Positions 11,983 to 27,038 of a stretch of 64,000 nucleotides of DNA are shown here, in pieces (the stretch's first letter is position 1; the number at the start of each line of letters is the position of its first letter). Position numbers and translations under genes: made by a program. The DNA comes from Octopus vulgaris (taxonomy: Eukaryota). The stretch lies in the NCBI GenBank assembly GCA_951406725.2, contig OX597814.1, positions 122,450,001 to 122,514,000 on the forward strand, given 5' to 3'. The notes beneath the pieces were generated by a model. That model did not search any database. It had not been told where the DNA came from and saw only the letters and a program-made list of their open reading frames with translations.

Positions 11983-14007
11983 TTCATAAACGGGTGAAAT
12001 AAAGTTAGACCCATTAAATACTCATACAATGAAATCTTAAACACGTAAGAGATTTTCTATCAATCAAAATCTTTCCCATTGTTAAAAGTAAAAGAAATAG
12101 AAAATATCGATCGTTCTCTACATATGTAGTTTTATCTCAAGTTGCCGTACATTGACAAGCCCCAACTTTAGGGCGAAATAAATTTAGCTGCATCTACTTG
12201 CAGCTACTAGGACAACCAAAAGAGAAAAATCGGAATGAATTTTATTTATTCGCATTATAAAATAAGTATATAAAAAAGAAATAATAAACTCTCTCCCTCT
12301 TTCTCTCAGTTATTCTCTCCCTTCGAGGGAGATTTCTCCCCGACTTCAGTTTCTTACCAAACCCTATTTCTCTGTGCCTCTGAGGCTGAAAACAACCACA
12401 GATGGTGATAGCAGCAACAGCCGTTCAAGAATTTGGACCTAGAGATCTCCACTTCCAGCGACTTCGAGGGCCACTTCTCCGTGGTGTCGGGCGTCAAGTA
12501 AGAGCCCTCGACTACAACAAGACGACCAAATTTTTTTTTTCCAAAGTCTGGGGTCTCCTGACCCTAAGCCCAAGACCATCACCTAATCACCCTTACCCGT
12601 CTTCTTGCTTAACAACAACAGCAGCAACAACGGCGGTCACCAGTCAAATTTCACACAGACACACAGACACACACATACACATACATATATATGTGTGTGC
12701 GTGTGTGTGTGTGTGTGTGTGTGGGTGTATGTGTGTGTGTGTATGTGTGTGTGTATAAGTAATGTATGTATGTATGTATGTATGTATACACGACAAACTT
12801 CAACTCTTTCTGTTTATCAAATTTACTCAGAAGGCATTTGTCGGTCCTGAGCTATACTAGAAGACACCTGCCCAAAGTTTATTGGGAAGCAATCTGCCCA
12901 AATATGTGACTTCCCGACCACGTACCTGTTTTTTTTCTCTCTGTCTTATATCAATCTACAATTTCTGTTTATTCTCGTCGATTTTTCAACGCGGCGGCTA
13001 GTTATTTCTATTAACTTACTCATTTTTAACAATTCCAAAATTTCGTAAATGAGATTCCCTCTCCAGAACTCAATAACCACTCATTCATGTCGTACTAAAG
13101 CCTGTCTTTTTTCTGTTACAGTTTTCTGTTACAGCTTTGTTGATCAGTAAACCATTGTTATATAAATATGACGCTTTCAGCCACCCTATATCTGCTACTC
13201 TGGCTTCTATTTACTTATTTTTAACTCCCGTGGAATATCTAGTCTTTTATGTTGCAGTTGGTGTTATGACGTTTGTATATTTTAGACAGACACGTTATTG
13301 ATCTGCAATTCATGTAATCTGTTTTTTTTTTTTTTTTTTTTTTTTTTTCATCCTGGTAAAAAATGCCTCAGGTATTCTTTCTGCTTTGTTTTGTCTTCTT
13401 TTCACTATATCCACGACTGCTTTTGCAAGTATCTAGTGGGTATCTGTTTACATGTAGAATATATGTAACTGCCTAATTTCTGTCGGCGTTTTGTTTGTTC
13501 TGTTATGCAGTTTCTACGACATTTCTGCAGAGTGGGTTGTTGTTATTTCTTCCGATTGTTTGTTTTATGCAGTTTTTCGTTTTGAACATTTCTCATCTAG
13601 CGATACTTCACTCTATTACCCTAAACTTCCAATAAAATTTAGACTTCTCTTACTCTAGGCAGCTGCATTTTGTTTCTGTTTTTCCTTCAAGTAGTTTTGT
13701 GGTAAAAGGCATTCTGAATCGTAGAAAAACTATTTGTTTTGATCAAAGAACCGTTGTCAGTGTTCATAACAACGAATTCTTTAGGATTTAGTGAGGCACT
13801 CTTGTATTAGTCGTTCTTTGATGTAAGATACTTTTTTTATTATGTTCCATTATTTGTGTATTGTTTGTATAACTTCCTTCTTCATATTCGTGTCTTTTCA
13901 TCGTCCATCTCATTAATGGTTGAGGGATCTTACGTTTCCTCTCTTCCTATATTTGTTTCCTCATTCTATTATTTAGTTTCTATAATGCTTACTCTACTTT
14001 TTTCCCT

Positions 14008-14212
14008 CTTTTACTTGTTTCAGTCATTAGACTGTGGCCATGCTGGAGTACCGCCTTTAGTCGAGCAAATTCTTATTCTTTGTAAGCCTAGTACTTATTC
14101 TATCGTTCTTTTTTGCCGAACCGCTAAATTACGGGGACGTAAACACACGAGCATTGGTTGTCAAGCGATGTTGGGGGGGGGGGACACAGTCACACAAACA
14201 TATACACACACC

Positions 14213-14257
<45 letters not shown>

Positions 14258-14439
14258 TTTATTTAAAGCAGCAGAAAATTCAACAAAACCTGTTACTCTG
14301 AGTTTCACGAACGGGAACGTGAAACTCAGAGTAACAGGTTTTGTTGAATTTTCTGCTGCTTTAAATAAAGCATATTACTCTACCACTGGTATTTGAGTAC
14401 TCTTTCTTCCACCTTGTTTCACATTCATGTGTTTACTCC

Positions 14440-14518
<79 letters not shown>

Positions 14519-14655
14519 GACGGGCTTCTTTCCGTTTCCCTCTACCAAATCCACTCACAAGGCTTTGGTCGGCCCGAGGCTAAAGTATAAGACACTTGCC
14601 CAAGGAACTGAACCCGGAACAATGTGGTTCGTAAGCAAGCTACTTACCACACTCC
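14008..14655 (-). mobile_element. SINE family B with a fold-back element inserted in its internal (TA)n
   Basis: Family B tail at 14008-14200 and head at 14516-14655 flank the 14257-14441 insert. Confidence 0.85.
14257..14370. repeat. Perfect 53-bp-arm palindrome (PLE-type fold-back) containing the 3' half of a hammerhead
   Basis: Arms 14257-14309 and 14318-14370 with an 8-nt loop; + strand GA acg ggaa cgt GAA ACTC a GAGT A acagg. Confidence 0.9.
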
Positions 14656-15176
14656 TTAATGAGAAGTTTTCAAGACTTACTCACTTCCTTCTGTGACGCC
14701 TGTGCCAGCGGCACAGATTATTTAATATTCCATTATTATAACAGTTTCTATTTTTAAGATAAGAAGATATTTTATATTTTGAATTCTTAAATTATTTCAC
14801 ATTTGATGTTATTGTCATCTTCAAAGGTTTCAACTAGTTTTTCTACTCTTACTTCTCTCTCATATTCACAACTGCTCATATTTTCGATATTTCAGTACTG
14901 GCTCAGCTTATGTTTGTCGATATTCTGTAGGTAAGCTGAGGTTTAATTGTATTGCTTCTTCTTTATATTGTTTATTTTCTTTGAACTAGCTTTATCTTTA
15001 TGATTTATGTTCTCAATGCTTATAGTTTTCATGGTGTTATTCTTTGTATTGGAACATTTCGTGCTTATTTACTGAAGTTGTTTATATTTCCATAATGTAT
15101 TCTTTCAGTAGGATTGGTGTATACATATACACACATAGGCATATATATGCATTATGTATGTATATACGTATACATG

Positions 15177-15222
<46 letters not shown>

Positions 15223-15949
15223 TATACATACATATGTATACATATATAAGTATTAATAAATATATACATATGTATACATATATATATATATATGCACAGA
15301 CAAATATATATATACATGTATATATGTATATATATATACATACATACATACATATACATGTATATACATATATATATATATATATATACATATAAATATA
15401 TATACATATATGTACATGTATATATATACATGTATATATGTATATATACACATACATATATATATACATATATACACACATACATACACACACACACGCA
15501 CACACACACGCACACACACACATATATATATACATACACATTATGCATACATATTTATGTGTATCTTTTTCAACTATCTATTGTGCTGATAGTGAAAGCC
15601 ATTTTGGATCAGGATTACTTTTCTCCTCAAATATATGTATATAACAGGTGATATAGAAAGACGGTGTTGCTGCAAAATATGAATGCAGAATAGAAACGTA
15701 CTCCACAGGTGGCAATTTATATGCTGTCTCTCTATAACATGTAGAATTTTACAACTGAATTTCGTTCCTTAATTTCGATGATAAACATATGAAAAATATG
15801 TTACATATTCACACTTTATTTATTTGAATATTTTATACATTTAATTCAATTACGCATCCTGCTTTCAATCTGGACACAAATGTTAGCAACATTGTTCATA
15901 GAGTTTATTATACTTTAATTTGAAAGGAATTTTATTTGTAATGATATAA

Positions 15950-17500
15950 CTTACTTCTCTTATGTGCGCAAGTCGTGCGAACATTAACGATATATAATTT
16001 CTATCAATAAAATTTATATATTCAATTTATATATTCATTGTAAGCAGGGTCTTACATATTTCCTGGGACGACACTTAAATAGGATGCACTTCATTTGTTA
16101 GCTTTACTTGACAAAATATATCTGGCCTAATAGCTGTGAACTCCCTGTTTTCTTGGTTTGAAATATCAGAATGAATGATCGTCTTGCAACTCATTGGTAC
16201 CTTTTTCTGCTGTATGTTTACAACACCTATTTTCTGTTCGCATTACATAATGTTGCCTTCATTTTTATTGTATGGCTGACTGAGCTCTGTCATGCTTGTA
16301 GATGTATTCCCCCATTTCTAAAACGGACAGCCAAAGACAGAATGATTAGTTATCTTTTCCGAACCTCCATACATTCTGCAATAAGAGAATGCACTGCGCT
16401 TTATTACATGCCTGTCAAGGTTTCTGGTGGGAAGACGTTGATCATGCGTCGTAATCAAGAATCAGGGAGGCTTCCATTTCAGATTTGAGACCCACGCTTC
16501 TCAACCAGGCCTATGACATATTTTGCCTCTTCCCGACTTGTCAATTCCAATTTTTTAAATATTTTATTTATTTATATTTTGTCTTGCCGATGTTTTACTT
16601 GACAACACTTTCGCATCGCATTCTTGGAACCCATATTTAGCTGTTTTAGATTTTTCTTTTAAATTTCCCCGGTTTTTTCTTCACAAAATTGTCTGTTACT
16701 TCAGTTTTTGATTTGTATTTGGAGGCTTCCTTGAAAACTGATAACAAATTTCGGTTTTGTTCGTGTTTTGTGGCTTTTCCTTCATTGATCTTTATTAGAT
16801 ATTTTTGTAGTCATACAAGAGATACTTTTACATAGGTTTCTTTAGTTGCATTATGTTACTTTGATGGTGGTTGTGTGCGTTGGATACAGTGTGAATGCGT
16901 AATATAAATGTAACACTTCATATAGTGATCATTGGTGCAACGTTCTCTCTTAATTTTGTCGTATATTTTATTACTTTAGATGTATAAAAGAAACGAACAT
17001 CCAAAACATAATGCTATGTATAGAGAGAGTCTATCAATTTAATCCAGAGCATCTTTAATTCCTGGCATCAATACACGCTTGTCTTTCCACAAATTTTATT
17101 GCCTTCTTCCCTTCTCTGTCTCATTTATTTCATTCTTTTGTTTTTAGAAACCTTGTAACGTGCTTACATCCTTTTTATTTGTACAGTAGAAGCATCCGTC
17201 TATTACAAACACCTTTTGGATGAATGAGGTGTTTTTCCCTCAGCTATTTTGATACTGGCATTCCTTTCCCTTTTCTTTATCCTTCATCTTGCCGCTCGTT
17301 GTTTTCTCCATTATGCATCGTACGTATTTCCTTCCACCAATTACAGTCGGTATTATGTAATAACACCTTGGTACACGCGCATGTGTACGCATTTATAAGG
17401 CGAAAATATAAATCTGACAGAATAGTTACAGCCTCAGATAAATTGCTTTTCGATATTTATACCAGCTGTCTGCATCCCAATTTCGAATCCCAATGAAACC
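15950..17500 (-). pseudogene. Decayed R4/Dong-type retrotransposon, 3' part
   Basis: Minus strand AWLRSVGLKSEMEA..DQRLPTRN..CRMYGG.EKITNHSVFGCP..EYIYKHD is a degenerate CCHC knuckle plus RHD motif; outer boundaries approximate. Confidence 0.6.
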
Positions 17501-18044
17501 TGCTCTGTCTTTTATTCTTCTGGACATACTATATATTACATAAATACTACGATCGCTTTTTCACTCTCAGAAACAGCCTTTCTCTCTCAATCAGCTATTT
17601 TACGCCGTAAGAAGAGTTGTGAGAGACAAATCACCGTGTCCGTTTCCCAGTAACATAGTGTGGGACTAGCAATTATTTACCATAGAGACTGGCACGAGTA
17701 AATTCAAAACACTGTTATACACTGAAACATTTGAAAGTAGGCCGGGCCGCAAGTGCAGCGGACAGAAACACTGTATGTTGTGTGTATGTGTCTGAATGTG
17801 TGCGTGTGTATGTGTATACATACGCATATACATATATGTGTTTGCGTGGGAGGAGTGAAGTATCTTTATATTCTATCTTTTGCTTGTTTCAGTCATTTGA
17901 GTGTGGTCATGCTGGGGCACCGCCGTAAAGGATTTTTCGTCGAACAAATCCAGCATGTTTTTTGCGGGAATGTAAACAAACGAGCATCGGATTTCAAGCG
18001 CTAATGGGGAACCAAAAAACACACACATATGTGTATATATATAG

Positions 18045-18087
<43 letters not shown>

Positions 18088-18201
18088 TGGAGAAGAGAAA
18101 TAACGCGTGCGTTCGGTCATATAGTAATATAATAACTAAATAAAATATATGCATATATACATACATATATGTACATAATTACATCTAAATGTATATATAC
18201 A

Positions 18202-18601
<400 letters not shown>

Positions 18602-18622
18602 ATTGTTGTCGTTGTTGTTGTT

Positions 18623-20112
18623 GCCTTTGGCCATCTTCCAAAGCTGGAGATGTATTACAGTGTCAGCTGTTCATTACCAGTGAACTAAGGTAATACCTTT
18701 TATTTTGGCAGCAACTTCCGGAGTATTCGAACGATTTGAAGCAGTGCTGTTTTCTGCAAGTGCTCCACCTTTATTGCAGCCCCTATTTGTTCCACCCACT
18801 TCTCGAGAGTTTTGCTTACTGTTCCCAGGGCTCCGATAATTATTGGTACTACTGGTACCTTTTTCATCGACCACAACTGCTTAACTTCCCAAGCTAACCT
18901 GTCATATCTCTCGACTTTTCTTTCTTCCTTATCGCATACCTTGTTGTCAGCTGGGCATGCTATATCTATGATCCAGCATAGTTTGTTTCCTTTCTCAATT
19001 AAGACTATATCTGGCTTCCTATTCTCTATCTCATGGTTGCATTGAATCATAAAATCTTATAGGATCTTTGCATTTCTATATTCGACGATGCCTTCAGCTT
19101 TGTGGTCGTACCAATTTTTTGCTCTGTCAAGTCCATACTTGTTGCAAAATGTCCAATGGACAAGCCTGGCTATATTGTCGTGGCGTTTCTTATATTCCTT
19201 CAGGGCTAGTGGCGTACATTGGCTGGTAATATGCCATACGGTTTCTTCGTTTTGTCCACAGATTCTTCACTTATCACTTTCTGATGTGTTGTCTATTCTG
19301 TATTTTATGTAGTTTGTTCTTAGTGCTTGCTCTTGGACAACACAGATTAGAGCCCTCATTTCCGGTTTTAAATCACTATTAATTATCACAACCATTTTTC
19401 TCTGTCTGTCTTATCTTCAAAATCTCTATGAAATTGACCATGCATTATTTTCTTTACCCACATATTTTCAGTTTCTTCGTTTTCAATTTCTTGTATAGTG
19501 CTTTATTTTTGCAATCTTTCATCCTACACAAGCCTGATCTTCTAATAATAGCGGTTCTGTGGCATTTTCCATATACCATGCTATATTGTTTTCTTCTGCT
19601 CTAATGCTGTGTTCACATCCAATAAGTCCTCTTCCCCTCTTTTCTTGGTACATACAATCTGTCTATGTCACTTTGTGGGTGGAGTGACCCATATCTAGTG
19701 AGCAACTTCCTTATCTTTCTGTCTAAACTGTTTAGTTCGTCTACTGTCCATGCGATTACCCCTGCTCCATATCTAAGGAATGAAACCACCCAGGTATTGA
19801 TATCTTCGGTCTTATTCCGTTGTTAAATTTCGACTTAAGGATCTGTCTCAATCTGCGCAAGTACGGCACCTTAAATTTTTCTGTCATTTCTTTCTCCATC
19901 AATTTATATATTTCCAAAATCCCCAAGTACTTATATCACGTCTCGTCTATTTGCTTCATAACCTCTCCCGACGGTATCGCTAGCCCGTCCATACATTTGA
20001 TTTTGCCTCTCTTCAAGACTAACACACCACGCTTTCTAAACCCGAACTCCATTCTGATATCAGCACTGAAGGTATACGCTATATCAACGAGGGAACTGAC
20101 TTGGGCTTCATC

Positions 20113-20113
<1 letters not shown>
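18623..20113 (-). mobile_element. 5'-truncated R4/Dong-clade non-LTR retrotransposon (RT C-terminus, CCHC knuckle, REL endonuclease), frameshifted
   Basis: FSADIRMEFG..YKYLG RT motifs; CGQNEETVWHITSQC..KKRHD; ORF 18700-19050 RKPDIVL..IIDIACP..K..RY..PIIIGALG; flanked by (TAA)n at 20114-20190 and an (AAC)n(AAT)n tail at 18494-18622. Confidence 0.92.
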
Positions 20114-20193
<80 letters not shown>

Positions 20194-22038
20194 ACGGTGA
20201 TAACACCGGCCAAATTGCTTAGCGGCATTTCTTCTGGTTTTACGGTTTGAGCTCAAATTTCACTGAGACCGTCTCTACCTTTCATCCTTTCGATTAAATA
20301 AGTACCAGATGAGCAATGCGAGCGATGTATTCGACTAGCATCCTCCCACCAAATTTCGGGCCTTGTACCTATATTAGGAAAAATATGTAGGCCAGAGGAA
20401 AATAGGAAGGACAGGGTCCAGAATGCTATATCCCTAAACCAGTTATATATTTGGGTTTTGTCGAATCACAAATCTGTGTCAATGTAGGTTGTCTTCTTTT
20501 GATTCTTCTTCTTATTTCCTCTTATTTTTGCTTATTTTCTTCCTGTATCTTTTTTCTTCTTTTTCATTATTTATCTTCTTTTTCTCCTCTTTTGTCTTTT
20601 TCTTCCTTCTCTTCTCTTTTTTCTTTTTTCCATACTTTTCCTTTTCTTCTCTTTTTATCTTTTCCTACTTCAATGAATTTCAGTATTTTTTGTGTGCGCG
20701 AACGTATGTGTGTATGTATGTGCTTGTTTGTTGCTATCGTGATTCGTCTGGCAGAACAATTGTAAATATCTTGTTTAGCGACTATTGTTCGTTCACAGAG
20801 AGTTGAAAGCATTTCGTTAGAAAACAATAACGTACAGCTATACACATGAGGAAACTGTCAATAATTTGACACATTCAGCTGCCACTTTCAATAAGATTCC
20901 AGAAAAATTTCTTCACATAAAAAAGAAGTGGTTTATTAAACCACTTGTTTGCTCTTATTCTTGTTCTTGTGCTTGTTAATGCTGTTGTTTGAATAAATAT
21001 AAATCTCTTGAAATCATTAGAAGAATTAAATGTATTTCCTTGTCTTCTTCAGTCACGTGACAGAATTATTTTGTTCTGCCATTGAAAACATTTTCGCCAA
21101 AGGAATTATCTTCCCTGTTTTGTTGTAACTATTGTTGTTGTATTTGCTTCTGTGGTTGTATTTGCTTATTTTGTTGTTGCCTTATTACAATAGTTAAATT
21201 TATTGACAGTTAAGACTTGGCTGTTTCTTTGATCAGACACAGAGTCAACAAGAATAAATATCTCAGAATACATTCTTATTTACATTTACATTTTTTTTCT
21301 TTTATCCAAAGGTTGTGATCAATATAAAATGTTATTTCTATACTTCTAAATTTTTCGTTTGTCGTCAAAGTACTATATATATCTTCCAATGTACCTGTAA
21401 TACCTATCTCCTCATATATATACATGTGTATGTGGTGTCTGTACAGATGTTTATAGACGTGTAACATTATATCAAAAGCTGTTACTATTTCTATTCCATT
21501 ATTTGTGTTTTATCATTTGTACGTGTATGTAGGTTTGTGGGGAGATATTGGTCATTTTTATTTTATAATTTGAATGCAGGACAATTAAAATGCTATAAAG
21601 AATATTTCTGAATAGGACTTCTGTCTGAGAAACGCCCAGATATTTCGAATGTATTATTCTCGGTTCACAAAATATAAACCTACCTACGATCTATTATAAT
21701 ATCCTCCAACATACAGTTCGACGTAATTCATAGGTTTCTGATATATTTGTTGTCAATCGACCGTAAAATGTGTCCTGCGACAGAACAAGCAAAATTACAA
21801 TCTCAAATGAAAAATATAATTCAATTATTTCAAAACTACAAGGATCGATTTCACATTAAATTTGTAAAAAAAAAAAAAATGTATGAATCACAGAAAAATC
21901 AATTCCTCAAACTAAGAATGACGATGGTTATGATGTCGATGAAAGTAATGTGGGGAAAACAACTGAGAGGTAGGAAATTGGTATCCTGGCACTAATGTTA
22001 GGTTTCCTTCACTATCGAGATACTTAGAAAAGTAAATA

Positions 22039-22260
22039 CCTATTTCTTTACTACCCACAAGGGGCTAAACACAGAGAGGACAAACGGATTAAGTCGATTA
22101 TATCGACCCCAGAATGTAACTGGCACTTATTTAATCGACCCCGAAAGGATGAAAGGCAAAGTCGACCTCGGCAGAATTTGAACTCAGAACATAGTGGCAG
22201 ACGAAATACTGCTAAGCATTTTGCCCGGCGTGCTAACGTTTCTGCCAGCTCATCGCCTTA
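22039..22260 (-). mobile_element. SINE family A
   Basis: Reverse complement of the family A sequence. Confidence 0.9.
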
Positions 22261-22307
22261 AGAGAAGTAGCTACTACCTTGGTGTGACTTGAAACCACAG
22301 CTGGTGT

Positions 22308-22948
22308 GGAGGCGCAATGGCCCAGTGGTTAGGGCAGCGGACTCGCAGTCGTAAGAACGCGGTTTCGATTCCCAGACCGGGCATTGTGAGTGTTTAGTAA
22401 GCAAAAACACCTAAGCTCCACGACTCTCTGCCGGTGGGGGGGGGGGTAACCCCGCTGTACTCTTTCATCACAACTTTTTCTCACTCTTTCTTCCTACTTC
22501 TGCCACAAAGCAGAGGAACCATGGTGTAACCCACTATGGTGTGGTAAACCTTCAGGCCCTAGTCTAGATTGTGAATCCTCTGTACCCCAGGATGGTTCAG
22601 CTCTCCACCCGTCCGTTAAAAGCCACCGTTTACGGAATGAGGATAACAACGTAGCTTTCTCGCCTGTACAACCGCCAGTCTATCGAGTGTGGTGGGTGGA
22701 TCTTCAAGTTGCTACACGCATTCTTTGTAGCTTAGTTAGGCTCGAATTAGAGATTATTCTTTGTGGCTCATGGCGTGATTCCTGATTGGAAGAAGAAGAA
22801 GAAGAAGAAGAAGAAGAAGAAGAAGAAGAAGAAGAAGAAGAAGAAGAAGAAGAAGAAGAAGAAGAAGAAGAAGAAGAAGAAGGAGGAGGAGGAGGAGGAG
22901 GAGAAAAAGAAGAAGAAGAAGAAGAAGAAGAAGAAGAAGAAGAAGAAG
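22308..22948 (+). mobile_element. Full-length SINE family C (tRNA-like head, (GAA)n tail)
   Basis: A box tggcccagtggtt and B box ggtttcgattccc; 14-bp target-site duplication accacagctggtgt at 22294-22307 and 22949-22962. Confidence 0.92.
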
Positions 22949-24003
22949 ACCACAGCTGGTGTAACTCACTTGCTCTATGTAGGTACCACACTCACTATAT
23001 CTCATATTTCATAGCGGTTGAAGCCATCTAGGTTTATAGAGCTAGTATTTATCAGAATAGATGAAGCTACCAGATTGTAAAGGGGCGCTATACGTAATGT
23101 GTATGAACATTTGTGACTAACTGTAAGGTTGTGCCATATTTAATATAACTCACAATGTTTGAGACTACTAGGCAACAATTAGGTACCATAGCTAGTATAT
23201 CTCATAACAGTTGATTCTAACATGATTTTCTATCGTTCGTGCATTTTCCGAGTTGCTCACCTTTTATTATATTCCCTCCTACTTACGGAGTCTAATTTCA
23301 TTTGGTCTTATTTATTCTTCATTGTTCCTCTTGAACTTCAAATGTTTTACATTTCTAGTGATTTGAATACCACAACAGAGAGACAATACTCACAGATTCG
23401 TGAGGAAGGCGGAAGAACAACTTGTAGGACCAAAAAAAGTTCAACAAAATGAACATTAACGGAAAGCTCCAATAGTCACGGACTCCTTGCGACTAATTCC
23501 TGGTGTGAAACAGCCAAACTTATCGCTTCCGAAAAGGGTCTCTTTTTGATTGTGATAGAGCAGTACACATAGATCAGAACAGCGACTTCATCCTTTGAAA
23601 TACAGGGTCTCGCCTTTCAGATTTATTGATCTTTCATAGAGTACGTGGCAGGATATCTATTTTCAAAAGGTGGAATTAGTTCAGTGCTCATACTTAACGA
23701 GAAATACCAGCACATTCTTTGAAGAAGTATGATTTCATTTTTCTCAGGTTCAGTTAGGCTGATGTTCGGTTTCTATCAAGTCAAGTTTCAAATTTCTGCA
23801 AACCACAAAGAAATTGTAGACCATTCTTAACGATTGTTTATGCATTGAGTTTTGCATTGACGAGGGAAAACCGGCATTTCCTTAAACAGAAAGATTAGAA
23901 ATTCTTACTCGAGTTCGTGTTCACAGTCATTGTATATAGAAATATGTGTCTATGTCTGCATGTGTGTGTGTGTATGCCAGTATGCATATGTATATTTCTA
24001 TGT

Positions 24004-24038
<35 letters not shown>

Positions 24039-24166
24039 TACGCGTATGTAAGGGTGTGCGTGTGAGTGCGCATGTATTACATATACATAAGAATATATAT
24101 GTATATATATACAATACATCAATGTATATACATTTGCGTATAGCACTATATAAATAAAAGTGTGCA

Positions 24167-24214
<48 letters not shown>

Positions 24215-24231
24215 GGTGTGTATGTATGTGA

Positions 24232-24270
<39 letters not shown>

Positions 24271-24313
24271 CATTTATATGCATATCTGAATCTATTACAT
24301 ATGTAAAGGTAAC

Positions 24314-24344
<31 letters not shown>

Positions 24345-24425
24345 ATATATGCGTGTGTGCATATATATACATATATATATATGTATGTATATATATATAT
24401 ATATACATAAATATATATATATATA

Positions 24426-24456
<31 letters not shown>

Positions 24457-25589
24457 CTTTTTACACACTAATAAGCAGAAACCCATATACATATACATAT
24501 CCACTAAATGATATATTGGTATTTCATGACTCATTTCCTCTCTTGCTTTTCTTACCACCATCTTCGTTTTTTTCTGTCTTTCTTTTTTTTTTCCTGAGAT
24601 TCTACCTCTCCCATCAAACATTCGACATTTATGTCCAAAGTAATAACATTTTCCATCTAACCGACTTTGACAGCAATCTGTTCCCTGTCACCTCTAGAAA
24701 CCTTACCTGTTCCTAAGTCCATCTTGTATATCCAGTAATAGCTAAAAGGATCTTTTACATTTTCTTTTTTCCATCTCTTTTGCTTTGTCTGATATTTTCT
24801 GCGTATCAACTTCTAATCTCGTTTGATTCGTTACAGAAACCTCTGAATAAAATACTTAACCATTTGCATTTTATATTTGAAACATTCTTATTTGCATTGT
24901 ATATGTAGTAAATGTCAGTAACTACTATTAAATCTAGTTTCGTGTCTCGAAATGGAGAGATACAGTAAGTAACGCGCCGGCCATTTTCATCTCTTATCTC
25001 TGATGTTACGATGTGTTGGGAAATTGTACATGTTGAAGTATATCTTTATATAATAAAGATAAATTGAATTATATTGAAGTACTGTAAGGGTTTCCAAGCT
25101 CGATTAGCTATTTTAGAGAAACAACCTCAAACTAACTCCATTGTAATACTGGTAATTCCATTATGAACTCTGCAAAACTGAAGAGCGACAGTTCGCTTCG
25201 GTGATCATAGACGAAAACAAAGAGATATCGAACTAGTTCCGGTTAACTTTTTAGTCTGTCACTCCGCTTAATCATATGGATAATTAATTTAGATCCGTTT
25301 AATTGATTGATGCTGCCGACATTCTAATATTACATATATCTTTTATCTCTTATCTGCTTCAGTCATCAGACTGTAGGCATGCAGGGGCACCGCCTTGAAG
25401 AATTTCTAGTTGAATGAATCGACTCCAGAACTTATTACTTATTCTATTGTTGCTCTTTGCCGAACCGCTAAATTAAAAGGGCGTAAAACACCAACACCAG
25501 TTGTCATGCGATGGTGGGGAACATGCACACACACACACAAACACACTCTCACACACATAATACCTGCATACATTATCAACATCATCATC

Positions 25590-26080
25590 ATCGTTTAATG
25601 TTTGCTTTCCATGCTAGCATGGGTTGGACGATTTGACTGAGGACTGGCGAACCAGATGACTGCACAAGGCTCTAATCTGATCTGGCAGGGTTTCTACAGC
25701 TTGATGCCCTTCCTAATGCCAACCACTCCAAGACTGTAGTGGGTGCTGTTACCTGCCACCGGCACGAGGGCCAGTCAGGCGGTACTGGCAACAGCCACGC
25801 TCAATTAGTGTTTTTTTACGTGCCAACCACACAGGAGCCAGTCCAGCAGAAAATGGCAACAACCTCACTCGAATGTTTTTTCACGTGCCACCGGCACAAG
25901 TGCCAGTAAGATGACGCTGGTAAGGATCACGCTCGGTCGTTACCAGTCAGCTGCTCTGGCAACGATTTTAGTGCTCCACTAGCACGGATGCTAGTCATCG
26001 AATTGATTTCGATTTCGATTTCACTTGCCTCAACAGGTCTTCGCAAGCAGTGTTTAGTGTCTAGTGAAGGAAAGGTACGT
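25590..26080 (-). mobile_element. RTE-type LINE/SINE 3' end with (GAT)n tail and internal subrepeats
   Basis: catcatcgtttaa..tttccatgctagcatgggttggacg..gatgcccttcctaatgccaacc; repeated gtgccaccggcac..gccagt..ctggcaac units. Confidence 0.65.
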
Positions 26081-26970
26081 AGACGAAACAATTGAAACTA
26101 TATTTCAGTAGTTATACATTTGATTCATTTATGTTAGCATCAGTCACATATGTGTGAAGCAGAGGTGAGCACAGCATGTACATTTTTTTTCATTTATCAG
26201 ATACTGGTCATGCTGGAGTTACATCTGGTTTTACTCATTTAAATAAAATAAAACCAAATTTGGTAAAGGAGATTTGTCATGGATTCCGTATGGCAAATTT
26301 CACTCACGTGTCTTCAACCGATTCGAAGCTTGCTCAAAGCCAAGGGGCTGCATAAAGTTGGATTGAACGCAGAACCCCATAGCTCAGAACGAACTTGTTA
26401 ACGATACAACCATGTCTGAGTATATATTATATATTATGTTATATCAACACCTTAGCATCCAAAATTTAAATCTCTCCCTAAGTCACAAACAAGAAACGCT
26501 AGCAGGTTACCAACTGACTAATACAGATTCCTTCACAATTTTATACTAGTGAAAAAAAAAATGGTTGAATTCTATGATAATATATGCTGTTTTTGCAGAT
26601 GTTCTTTGAACTAAATGCAACAATAATCCATTCTATATAAATGGTACTTCATACGCATTCTATTCAAAATTTGGCTTAATCGGATTATGTAATTCTTCAG
26701 AATAGCTTCAATCTGAAGGAAAAATTTTCACAGATGTACATCACACTTACTGAATATTTTGTTTTCCTCACAGCATGATTGTATAGGCTATAGATTTATA
26801 TATATATATATATATAATGACATGTCTGTATATTTGAGTAACTGTGAGTGGGTAAGCGCTTTTGGGTAGATTTATATATATGGGAAGGCAGACAGATAGA
26901 TAAATAGATAGATAGATAGGTAGATAGATAGATATGTAGATCACTCGCGCTCTCTCAATCTCTCTCTCTT

Positions 26971-27037
<67 letters not shown>

Positions 27038-27038
<1 letters not shown>

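Larger units (their letters stand above)
12930..15110 (-). pseudogene. Ancient R4/Dong-type retrotransposon, N-terminal and RT region (interrupted by a SINE)
   Basis: Broken translation RIRCYEH*QRFFDQNK*F..AFY matches the R..RY...QN.LF..D.K.FY motif found upstream of RT; collinear with 9570-10310. Confidence 0.5.

Noticed and set aside
21894-21969. Possible exon ending GAG|GTAGG
   Set aside because: The acceptor lacks a pyrimidine tract (preceded by poly-A) and the peptide is unrecognised
22308-22380. tRNA-like cloverleaf at SINE heads
   Set aside because: These are SINE Pol III heads followed by body, tail and target duplication, not tRNA genes
25750-25990. Spaced short repeats resembling a CRISPR array
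   Set aside because: Eukaryotic context, degenerate units, related 'spacers' and no cas genes; they are subrepeats of an RTE-type 3' end
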